In this document: positions 28,357 to 36,289 of the stretch, in pieces
Position numbering within the stretch: position 1 is the first letter of the stretch
How the letters are laid out: the number at the start of each line of letters is the position of its first letter
Assembly (NCBI GenBank): GCA_963737345.1
Contig: CAVTSM010000003.1
Location: 1,113,616 to 1,177,615, forward strand
Direction of reading: 5' to 3'
Origin: an uncultured Pseudomonadota bacterium
GTDB lineage: Bacteria; Myxococcota_A; Polyangia; Fen-1088
DNA: 64,000 bases
Position numbers and translations under genes: made by a program
The notes under the pieces: model-generated
The model's input: only the letters and a program-made list of their open reading frames with translations
The model's database searches: none
Told to the model about the DNA's origin: nothing

Positions 28357-29250
28357 GCTTGGCCGGCACGTCCGAAGGGACCCGCGACGGCGCGGTCGCG
28401 CACGTCGTGAAGTTCGGCCGGATGGTGAAGTTCGAGCACACGCTGTTCGCGCTGCCCTTCGCGCTGGCGGCGGCCGCCATCGCGGCGCGCGCGCACGGGA
28501 TCACCGTGGCGCGCGTCGCCGGCATCATCGTGGCGATGGCCGGCGCGCGAACGGCGGCCATGGGCTTCAACCGCATCGTCGACCGGCACATCGACGCCCG
28601 TAACCCGCGCACCGCGCGGCGCGAGATCCCCGCCGGCGTGATCTCGCTGCGGGCGGCCTGGACCATGACGCTGGTCGCAACCGCCGTGTTCGTGCTCAGC
28701 GCGGCGGCGCTGGGCCCGCTGTGCCTGGCGCTGTCGCCCATCGCGCTGCTGTTTCTGTTCGGCTACTCCTTCACCAAGCGCTTCACGTCGCTGTGCCATC
28801 TGTTCCTGGGGCTGGCCATCGCCTCGGGCCCGGCCGGCGCCTGGATCGCGGTGCGCGGCGACTTCGGTTGGCCGCCCGGCCTGCTCATGATCGCGGTCGG
28901 CTCTTGGATCGCGGGCTTCGACATCCTCTACGCGCTGTCGGACCGGGAATTCGATCGCGCAGCCGGGATTCATTCGATCCCGGCCTGGCTCGGCGTCACC
29001 GGGTCGCTGGTCGCCTCGGCACTCCTTCACCTGGTGACCGTGCTGGCGCTGCTCGCTGCTGGGCTCGGTCGCCCACCTGGGCGCCCCCTACCTTTCCGGC
29101 GTCGCGATCGTCGTCGCGCTGCTGATCTACGAGCACGCGATCGTACGCCCGACGGACCTTTCCCGCCTGGACATGGCCTTCTTCAACCTGAACGGCTACG
29201 TCTCGGTCGTATTCTTGATCGCGACGTTGCTGGACGTCCTGGTCCGCTAA
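28353..29250 (+). pseudogene. UbiA-family prenyltransferase (menaquinone MqnP-like), one +1 break near 29060
   Basis: The ATG overlaps the upstream stop (ATGA). VKFEHTLFALPFAL, GFNRIVDRHIDARNPRT (NxxxDxxxD), and FDILYALSDREFD. The tail LGSVAHLGAPYLSGVAIVVALLIYEHAIVRPTDLSRLDMAFFNLNGYVSVVFLIATLLDVLVR* is in the +1 frame and ends at TAA 29248-29250. Confidence 0.85.
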
Positions 29251-29345
29251 CGCCGTCTGAACCTGGAACGTTCGGCGGTTGTTCCCGCGACGCACCCGCA
29301 CCTTCACGGTATAGGTACAGAGCGCCGCCACCGATCTCCAGCGCC
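29251..29345 (-). pseudogene. relic fragment of a beta-helix-paralogue C-terminal domain
   Basis: The minus strand encodes TYTVKVRVRRGNNRRTFQVQTA (29316-29251), compared with GTYTVKVRVRRGNNRGKFQVQTAS in the 47836-49539 paralogue. DNA similarity is visible over about 90 nt. Homology stops exactly at the ubiA-like stop codon. Confidence 0.7.
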
Positions 29346-29405
29346 ATGGCGTACGAATGCGGACCGCGCCCGGCGCAGAGAACCTGCGCCGGCCGCGTCA
29401 CCGCG

Positions 29406-31037
29406 TTACTTGAAATCGATGGTGTCGAGGTAGACGTTGTAGCCCGAGCTCCGGCTGTTCTTTCCCGTCACCTTGAACCTGAAGTACTTGGCGTCGGTCG
29501 AAAGGGAAGCCGTGTTCGGCAGGGTCACCGGGACGACCGACGTCGTGGAAGAATAAAGATCAATCGTGCCCAAGCTATGCAGCGTACCGGCGACCCCCGG
29601 AGAAGACACCTCGGACCAATACACCTGGACGATTCCCGCGTCCGGTCCCTTCTTCACTCTGACCGTAACCTGCACCGGGGGGATGGTGAGATCGTGCTGG
29701 ATCGGGACCTGATACGTGACGAAATCGCTGGTGCCGGTGGCAGGAAGTTTGCTGGCTTGCCCATTCGAGTAGCGAGAGTCCTTGTCGACGGTGGGTGCGT
29801 GCGAGCCGGTCAAGGCCGGGATTGTCACCAGCGTCTCGCCCTGAATGTGCGGATCCATCTCCACCGCGCCGATGTCGAACAGCGTCGACCGGCCAGTGCC
29901 GCCCGAGACACCCCGAGGAAAATGTCGCTGATCGGTTGTACCGCCGCTCGAGACGAAGTCAATGGCCGGGCTCCCCGGCGACAACGGAACTACAGATGTG
30001 TAGTAGGCACCGCCAATCCACAAAGGGATCGCATTCGTGCCATTGAAGAGCATCGGATCGACATTGAGCAAGTTGTGACTGGCACTGCCGATGCTCGCGC
30101 CGGATGTTGATTTGAGGGCCGAATTGGTGAGCGTTGCGATATGTCCGCTCCAGTCCAATTCATTAGTGGCGCCGTCCGTGTTGTCCGATATGATCGACGC
30201 ATCGACCTTGTAATTCGAGGCACGCGCATCGACGCCAGGAACGTTGTTGAATGCGACGGTCGACGAGCGAATCGTCAGCAGGTCTGCCGGCTGTTCGTCG
30301 ATGTTACCGAGGTACAATCCCGAACCAAAGTTGTAGGCGATGGTCGTATTTGTAATGTTTGAGAGCCCGAAACCATAGAACGCGACGCCTACGTCGTTGT
30401 TAGAGCAAACGTCGGAATTAGCGATGGTCAGAGTCGCGTCCGCAACTACTCCCGTTGTGTTTGCCTCGATCAACGAGTCCTCGATGTCGAGATTGACGCC
30501 GCTGGCGTCGGCACCGAACATGTCGAAGCCGTACAGCCAGCACCCTCTGACGGTCAACAGCGAACCAATGTATTGTCCTACTGCGGACACCGCGGAGCTT
30601 CCGACGCCGCCCGAGTTGTAGATCTCGAAGCCATTGATCGCCACCTGAATGGCGGATGATCCCTCGGCTACGGAAAATACGTCGGCATACTGGACGTTGC
30701 CGCTGATCTTGGCCTGCTGGTCGCCGTTCTTGATGCCGGGACCCTGGATCGTCATGCTCCTGGTGACAAAGATGGTCGTGTTCTCTTGATACACGCCGGC
30801 TGGAACGGAGACGATATCGGCGCCCGTACCGCTGTACGTGCAGCTATCGAACGAACCGTGCCTGTTCACCGCCTGGACAGCCTCCGACAGGCTGCACTTG
30901 CCGTCACCGCGCGACTCTACGGTGGTGTTGACCTTAACGGTCGCCGCCTCGGCTTGACGCGCGACAAAGGCGCTGAAGAACGTCGCACCTGCCAATCCGA
31001 CGAATACCACTGAACGCATGTAGGAATTTGGTTTCAT
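29406..31037 (-). CDS. secreted CSLREA-motif / right-handed beta-helix protein with C-terminal beta-sandwich (CBM-like) domain, paralogue A
   Basis: The ATG at 31037 gives MKPNSYMRSVVFVGLAGATFFSAFVARQAEA (signal peptide). KCSLSEAVQAVN motif; repeated beta-helix turns. The C-terminus (FVTYQVPIQ...VTVRVKKG...KYFRFKVTGKNSRSSGYNVYLDTIDFK) is shared with the three paralogues at 43.7-49.5 kb. Confidence 0.8.
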   Translation of the reverse strand: MKPNSYMRSVVFVGLAGATFFSAFVARQAEAATVKVNTTVESRGDGKCSLSEAVQAVNRHGSFDSCTYSGTGADIVSVPAGVYQENTTIFVTRSMTIQGPGIKNGDQQAKISGNVQYADVFSVAEGSSAIQVAINGFEIYNSGGVGSSAVSAVGQYIGSLLTVRGCWLYGFDMFGADASGVNLDIEDSLIEANTTGVVADATLTIANSDVCSNNDVGVAFYGFGLSNITNTTIAYNFGSGLYLGNIDEQPADLLTIRSSTVAFNNVPGVDARASNYKVDASIISDNTDGATNELDWSGHIATLTNSALKSTSGASIGSASHNLLNVDPMLFNGTNAIPLWIGGAYYTSVVPLSPGSPAIDFVSSGGTTDQRHFPRGVSGGTGRSTLFDIGAVEMDPHIQGETLVTIPALTGSHAPTVDKDSRYSNGQASKLPATGTSDFVTYQVPIQHDLTIPPVQVTVRVKKGPDAGIVQVYWSEVSSPGVAGTLHSLGTIDLYSSTTSVVPVTLPNTASLSTDAKYFRFKVTGKNSRSSGYNVYLDTIDFK

Positions 31038-31173
31038 GGCCGCAGTATGGACCCACGGACAAGCTGACTGACGGCGGTCAGTCGACAACCGTGCGGGCGA
31101 AATTTTTCATTGCTTTCTTGCAGACCTTGCCGTGACGAGTGGATCGCCGCTCTTCGCGCGCTAGATTCGCCCT

Positions 31174-31794
31174 GTGACCCGCGCGCTTTCCACCCAGCCC
31201 AGCCTGCTCGGCGGTGGCGACCCGTCTGTCGACGGGGGCGCGCTGGCGCGCGTCCGGCGAATCGCGCTGGAAGAGGACGCCTGGGTCGAGCACCTGCCCG
31301 GCTGGGTCAGCGGGCACGAGGCGCTGCTCGATCATCTGGCGCAGACGACGGCCTGGCGCACGGAGCGGCGGCTGATGTACGACCGAATGGTCGACGTCCC
31401 GCGCTTGGTCGCCGCGCTGCCGGCCGACGGGCCCGGTCACCCGGTGCTGGAAGAGGTCCGGCGGCTGCTGAACGCCCGCTACGAGACGACATTCGTCAAT
31501 CTGTCGCTGGGGTACTACCGCGACGGGAACGACAGCGTCGCCTGGCACGGCGACACCACCGCGCGCGAGCTGCCGCAGGCCATCGTCGCGACCATTTCGC
31601 TCGGGGAGCCACGCAAGTTCCTGCTGCGCGCGCGCAGCCGAACCAGCCCCACGCGGACTTTCATGCTGGGTTGGGGCGATCTGATCGTGATGGGCGGCAG
31701 TTGCCAGCGGACCTGGGAGCACAGCGTGCCCAAGGTGGCGCACGCGTGGCCTCGGATGGCGGTGATGTACAGGCCGGAGTGGAAAAAGCCATGA
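31174..31794 (+). CDS. AlkB-like Fe(II)/2-oxoglutarate dioxygenase
   Basis: LNLSLGYYRDGNDSVAWHGD (HxD), ISLGEPRKFLLR, GDLIVMGGSCQRTWEHSVPK, and a C-terminal R...YR. Confidence 0.75.
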   Translation: MTRALSTQPSLLGGGDPSVDGGALARVRRIALEEDAWVEHLPGWVSGHEALLDHLAQTTAWRTERRLMYDRMVDVPRLVAALPADGPGHPVLEEVRRLLNARYETTFVNLSLGYYRDGNDSVAWHGDTTARELPQAIVATISLGEPRKFLLRARSRTSPTRTFMLGWGDLIVMGGSCQRTWEHSVPKVAHAWPRMAVMYRPEWKKP

Positions 31795-33215
31795 AGACGG
31801 ATGGACACAATGGGGCGCGGCCCCGGGTCGTGATCATCGGCGCGGGGTTCGGCGGCATCGAAGCCGCCAAGGCGCTGGGCAGCCAGCCCGTCGCGGTGAC
31901 GGTGATCGATCGCCTGAACTATCACCTGTTCCAGCCTCTGCTGTACCAGGTCGCGATGGCGGGGCTGGCGTCGACCGACGTCGCCTACCCAATCCGTTCG
32001 ATCCTGCGCCACCATCAGAACATCGAGGTGCTGCTGGGCGAAGTCGCCGGGATCGATCTCGGTGCCCGGCGGGTCGCGCTGGCTGACGGCAGCGCCCTCG
32101 GCTACGACCACTTGGTCGTCGCGGCGGGCGCCGGAACCAGTTACTTCGGGCATGACGACTGGGCGGCGGTCGCCCCGGGGCTCAAGGACCTGGACGACGC
32201 CCTCGAGGTGCGGCGGCGCGTGCTGCTGGCACTCGAGGCCGCCGAGCGGGCCAGCGATCCGGCCGAGCGGCGCCGGTTGATGTCGTTCATCATCGTGGGC
32301 GGTGGGCCGACCGGCGTCGAGCTGGCGGGCGCGATCGCCGATCTGTCGCGCGACATCCTGCACGCCGACTTTCACCGGATCCGGCGCGAAGAGCTGCGCG
32401 TCGTGCTGATCGAGGCGGCGCCGCGCATCCTGACCGCCTTCGATCCGCCGCTGTCGGACAAGGCACGCCAGCAACTGGAGGATCTGGGGGTCGAAGTCCG
32501 CAGCGGCGTGCGCGTCGAGAACGTCGACGCATCTGGCGTTCGCGTTCCGGGCGAGTTGATCGAGGCTCGCACCGTCCTTTGGGGCGCCGGGGTCCGTCCG
32601 AGCCCGCTCGCCCAGGCGCTGGGAGTCCCCCTCGACCGCGGGGGGCGGGTGATCGTCGCTGCAGACTGCTCCGTTCCGGGCCACCCCGAGGCGTTCGTGA
32701 TCGGCGACATGGCGGCGCTGACGCCCGAAGGGGACGCGGCGCCGCTCCCCGGAATCAGCCCGGTCGCCATTCAAGAAGGGCGGGCCGTGGCGCGCAACAT
32801 CCTGGCGGCCACGCGCGGCGAACCCCGCCGCCCCTTCCGTTACCTGGACAAGGGGTTCATGGCGACGATCGGGCGGGCGCGCGCCGTCGCCCAGATCCGT
32901 CGCTTACACCTCTCCGGCCTGCTCGCCTGGCTGACGTGGGCGTTCGTCCACCTCTGGTACCTGGTGGGGTTCCGCAACCGGCTGGCGGTGTTCCTCAACT
33001 GGATCTGGGCGTACCTCATCTCCAACCACGGTGCGCGCATCGTGATCGGGCGCGGCTCCCGCCCGTCGCCCTCAATGGATGGGGGCCAGCCGCTCGTCGG
33101 GAGCGGTGGTGGCCGGCGCCTCCCGGAGCTCGGCCATCGAGACGCGCAGGATGATGGCGTCACCGGCGGCTTGAATCAGCCCGGTCGGCACGTCGACGGT
33201 CGGACGCTTGAATAG
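31791..33215 (+). CDS. ndh: type II NADH dehydrogenase (NDH-2)
   Basis: ATGA overlap with the alkB-like stop. Two Rossmann motifs (VVIIGAGFGGIEAA; FIIVGGGPTGVELAG) and a C-terminal membrane-association helix (WLTWAFVHLWYLVGFRNR). The last 50 or so codons overlap the convergent PRC-barrel gene and may not be real. Confidence 0.85.
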   Translation: MKTDGHNGARPRVVIIGAGFGGIEAAKALGSQPVAVTVIDRLNYHLFQPLLYQVAMAGLASTDVAYPIRSILRHHQNIEVLLGEVAGIDLGARRVALADGSALGYDHLVVAAGAGTSYFGHDDWAAVAPGLKDLDDALEVRRRVLLALEAAERASDPAERRRLMSFIIVGGGPTGVELAGAIADLSRDILHADFHRIRREELRVVLIEAAPRILTAFDPPLSDKARQQLEDLGVEVRSGVRVENVDASGVRVPGELIEARTVLWGAGVRPSPLAQALGVPLDRGGRVIVAADCSVPGHPEAFVIGDMAALTPEGDAAPLPGISPVAIQEGRAVARNILAATRGEPRRPFRYLDKGFMATIGRARAVAQIRRLHLSGLLAWLTWAFVHLWYLVGFRNRLAVFLNWIWAYLISNHGARIVIGRGSRPSPSMDGGQPLVGSGGGRRLPELGHRDAQDDGVTGGLNQPGRHVDGRTLE

Positions 33216-33383
33216 CGACCAGTCGAGGGCCATCTCCCGCGCAGCCTGCCGGCGGACGACCACCCGCAGCGTGTCCACCAGCCAGGTCTCCATGTCGACC
33301 AGCGGCGCCTGAATGTCGCCGATCACCGCGCCGTTGGCGTCCAGCACCGGACGGCCGCGCACTTCCGACAGTTTGAGATGCAT
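33072..33383 (-). CDS. PRC-barrel domain protein
   Basis: MHLKLSEVRGRPVLDANGAVIGDIQAPLVDMETWLVDTLRVV fits the PRC-barrel pattern (G-x-V-x-D-x-x-G-x-x-I-G). Codons are GC3-rich. Confidence 0.55.
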   Translation of the reverse strand: MHLKLSEVRGRPVLDANGAVIGDIQAPLVDMETWLVDTLRVVVRRQAAREMALDWSLFKRPTVDVPTGLIQAAGDAIILRVSMAELREAPATTAPDERLAPIH

Positions 33384-33481
33384 GTCCCTCGCCCCTTTCC
33401 CTCTACAGAGAGAAACCTAAGCCGCCGTCGATCGCATTCAAGGATGCGCTGCGGCCCAGCTCAGCCGCGATCGGGCAACGT

Positions 33482-34507
33482 TCAGCGCTTGGGTGCGTCA
33501 GCGCGGCCGGCCGCCACCTTCGGCGGCGGCGCGGGCCGGGGGTGGTGAACGTCGAAGGCGGGCCTCTGATTCGGGTCGCAGTTGGGGCCGAAGCCGGTGG
33601 CGTTGAAACGATAGGACAGGCGCCCGCTGGACCCCGCCGCCACGGCCTCGATCTCGACTTCGTGCTCACCCGCCCGCGACGGCGAGCAGTACGACAGCAG
33701 GTAGAAGCGCCGCGAAGCCGCCTCGATGCGGGCGCCGATCTCGTCGAAGCCGCGCTTGATGTCCGCCGAGTTCTGCGACGCGAATGTCCCCGAGCGTCCG
33801 ATGCGCGACAGTTGCCGGCGGTCGACCTCTTGGCCGACGCCGATGACGTACGTCTCGAAGCCGGCGCTGTCCAGCGCGCGGTCGACGTCTTCGGGCGACG
33901 CGCGGTGGGCGCGGTCCGTGCCGTCCGTGAACACGACCAGCGTCCCGAAGCGCAGCGGGACGGGCGCATGCTCCATCTGCTGACTCAGCAGGCGCACGCC
34001 TTCGATGACCGCCCCGTTCAGGTTCGTCGACGGGTCGCGCGGGCGCCGCGTGGCAAGCGCGGAGACGCCGCTGCGGACATTTCCCCCGAACCCGGACACC
34101 TGCGTCAGGTGCGGGCTGCCGTCGAAGCTGTAGACCGCCACCTTCTGATAAGGACCGACCCGCTCGCCGAAGGTCGAAGCCGCCTCGATGAGCGCCGGCA
34201 TGTCGCCCGAATCGACGACGCTGCCGCTGGTGTCGACCAGCAACAGAGTGTAGTGGATGGCCGCCACCTGCGGCTCGAGGATGGTCTGCTTACTTTCCAG
34301 GATCGAGACCGGCTGATGGTCTTCGTAGATCTTGAAGTCCTGCGGCGTCAGCCCGGCAACGGGCGCCCCCTTGTGCGTCTCGACCGTGAAGTAGACGGCC
34401 ACGTTCGAGGGCTTGCGGACGGAGGCGTCCACCATCTGAAGCCGAAGGCCGCAGCCGGCGGTCGCGAGCAGCGAAAGGCCGAAACACCAGAATGAGCCAC
34501 TGGGCAT
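33482..34507 (-). CDS. von Willebrand factor type A (VWA) lipoprotein
   Basis: The ATG at 34507 gives MPSGSFWCFGLSLLATAGC (lipobox). MIDAS motif LLLVDTSGSV, then VVFTDGTD and YVIGVG. Confidence 0.8.
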   Translation of the reverse strand: MPSGSFWCFGLSLLATAGCGLRLQMVDASVRKPSNVAVYFTVETHKGAPVAGLTPQDFKIYEDHQPVSILESKQTILEPQVAAIHYTLLLVDTSGSVVDSGDMPALIEAASTFGERVGPYQKVAVYSFDGSPHLTQVSGFGGNVRSGVSALATRRPRDPSTNLNGAVIEGVRLLSQQMEHAPVPLRFGTLVVFTDGTDRAHRASPEDVDRALDSAGFETYVIGVGQEVDRRQLSRIGRSGTFASQNSADIKRGFDEIGARIEAASRRFYLLSYCSPSRAGEHEVEIEAVAAGSSGRLSYRFNATGFGPNCDPNQRPAFDVHHPRPAPPPKVAAGRADAPKR

Positions 34508-34612
34508 GGCCAGACCGCATACCACGAAAAGGGAAAAGGAATTAAGCTTCTGAGGCCGGCTGCCGACGATCAAACCGCCCACACCTTCGGAAACGCGGAC
34601 CCTCATCGAGCC

Positions 34613-36286
34613 ATGAACCGAATCCTGAACGTTTCACGGAGCCTGGTGCTGACGGCGGCCCTGGCCGGCGGCGCGGTCGAGGCCGCGACCATCCCGGCGG
34701 ACAAGCTACCCGAATCGCCGCTGCCCCTGCCGCCCGCCGGACCCGAGGCGACCTACCTCAACGCCGTGCACACCGCCGTCCACCGGCGCTGGACGGACAA
34801 TTTCCTGCGGCTCATCGGCGAAAAGCTGGAGCCGACCAACCCCTTGAATGTTTCGGACCGCAGCGCCGAGGTCGATCTGGTCATCGGCGGAGACGGCCAG
34901 CTCCTCGGCTCGCAGGTGACGCGGTCGTCAGGGTTCCCGGGGTTCGACGACGCGATCCTGGAAATTCTGCGCGACACCGTCCCCTTCCCGCGCCCGCCGT
35001 TGGACGTTCGGTCGGACGATGGCACGACGCACCTTCACTGGCTGTTCGCGCGCGATCAGCGCCGCGATACCGGCATCAGCTTGCGCCGGGCGTTCGACCC
35101 GATCGCGACCGCGCTCCCCAAGCTGCTCCAGCAGGGACGACGCGACGAGGCTCTCAACCGGGTCGCCTATGCGCGCGGCAACGGCGAGCACGTCGGCCAA
35201 CAGTTCACGATGCTGGCGGTCGACTGGCTGCGGGCGTCGTTGCACCAACCCTGGGCCACGGTCCGGATCGCCAAGATCATGGGCGCGCGCGGTGAAGCGG
35301 AAGCCATCAACTGGCTGAAGGCCTCGTTGCGCCGCGCGGAGCTGGCTGGCGCGGCGGGCGAGACGCTCACGGCCCTGAAGGTGCCGGTGTGCCCGCTGGT
35401 CAAGGACATGCTGGAAGGCTCGAATCCGGCCGACCAGTCGAACGCTGCTGCGGCGCTGGCGACCGCCGGCGACCCCGCCTGTCTGAACGGCCTCGTCAAA
35501 CTTCTGACGTCCCCGAAGGCCGCGGCCGACACGCGCGCGGCCGCGGCGACAGCGCTGGGCGCGATCGACGATCCGTCGGTCAAGAAGGTGCTGGTCGCGG
35601 CGACCGAAGAGACCAAGCCGGACATCAAGGCTGCCGCGCTGCTGGCCCAGGTCCGCCCGGGTGCCGGCCGGTCGAAGGTCTTCCTGGTCGAGCCGTTCCT
35701 GCGCGACCCGTCGCCGCTCATGCGAGCGGCGGCCGCGGCCGGTGTCGTTCGCGCCGGCGGCGACGCCAACCTGGCCGACCTCTACGTGCTGTTCAAAGAG
35801 AACGACGCCCGCCCCTGTCTGGCGGCGCTGAAAGAGCTGGACCGGCTGCAGACCGAGGAATCGACGCGGCTCATCGCGCGCCTCATGCACCGGCCGCAGC
35901 CGGACGTGCAGCGCATGGCGGCCGACATCTTGCTCCGGCGCGGCGCGCGCGACGCGTTCCCCGCGTTCAAGAGCTTTCTCGAGCCGAACGCGGATCCGGC
36001 GATGCGCGGGCGGGCGCTGGTCGCCGCCGATGACGCCCAACTCCAGGCGGCCAGCGCGGATGCCAAGCTGGGCATCTGGGTGTTTCGCGCCCTGCTCTCC
36101 CGCGGACAGCCCGACCAGGCGGCCGACTGGTTCATCGCGCGCGGCACGAAGCTCTCGCCCGCCGAGCAGGCGGATGCCATGGCCGACTGGGTCACCTACG
36201 CGCCGGCCATGCGAGTCGCGGCGGAGCCGAAGGCCCCGGCGGCAACGACCGCTGCCGCGCCCGCGCCGACAACCCCCGCGCCCTGA
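34613..36286 (+). CDS. secreted protein: TonB_C-like N-terminal domain plus HEAT/PBS-lyase-like repeats
   Basis: Signal peptide. YLNAVHTAVHRRWTDNF...VDLVIGGDGQLLGSQVTRSSGFPGFDDAILEILRD...PFPRPP is TonB C-terminal-like. Repeated AAAALATAGDPACLNGLVKLL / AAATALGAIDDPSVKKVL HEAT-type units follow. Confidence 0.6.
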   Translation: MNRILNVSRSLVLTAALAGGAVEAATIPADKLPESPLPLPPAGPEATYLNAVHTAVHRRWTDNFLRLIGEKLEPTNPLNVSDRSAEVDLVIGGDGQLLGSQVTRSSGFPGFDDAILEILRDTVPFPRPPLDVRSDDGTTHLHWLFARDQRRDTGISLRRAFDPIATALPKLLQQGRRDEALNRVAYARGNGEHVGQQFTMLAVDWLRASLHQPWATVRIAKIMGARGEAEAINWLKASLRRAELAGAAGETLTALKVPVCPLVKDMLEGSNPADQSNAAAALATAGDPACLNGLVKLLTSPKAAADTRAAAATALGAIDDPSVKKVLVAATEETKPDIKAAALLAQVRPGAGRSKVFLVEPFLRDPSPLMRAAAAAGVVRAGGDANLADLYVLFKENDARPCLAALKELDRLQTEESTRLIARLMHRPQPDVQRMAADILLRRGARDAFPAFKSFLEPNADPAMRGRALVAADDAQLQAASADAKLGIWVFRALLSRGQPDQAADWFIARGTKLSPAEQADAMADWVTYAPAMRVAAEPKAPAATTAAAPAPTTPAP

Positions 36287-36289
36287 GCG

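Noticed and set aside
27552-30110. An 852-codon plus-strand ORF, and the 1060-codon ORF at 59387-62569.
   Set aside because: Both stay open by GC richness. Only the ubiA-like segment (first ORF) and the 61232-62569 lipoprotein (second ORF) look like real protein. The remaining parts are antisense to, or out of frame with, well-supported genes.
31062-31084. An imperfect palindrome (CTGACTGAC-GGCG-GTCAGTCGA) in the 5' region of paralogue A.
   Set aside because: It is short, has a mismatch and sits in no conserved context. It is not found upstream of the other paralogues, so it is insufficient for a regulatory call.
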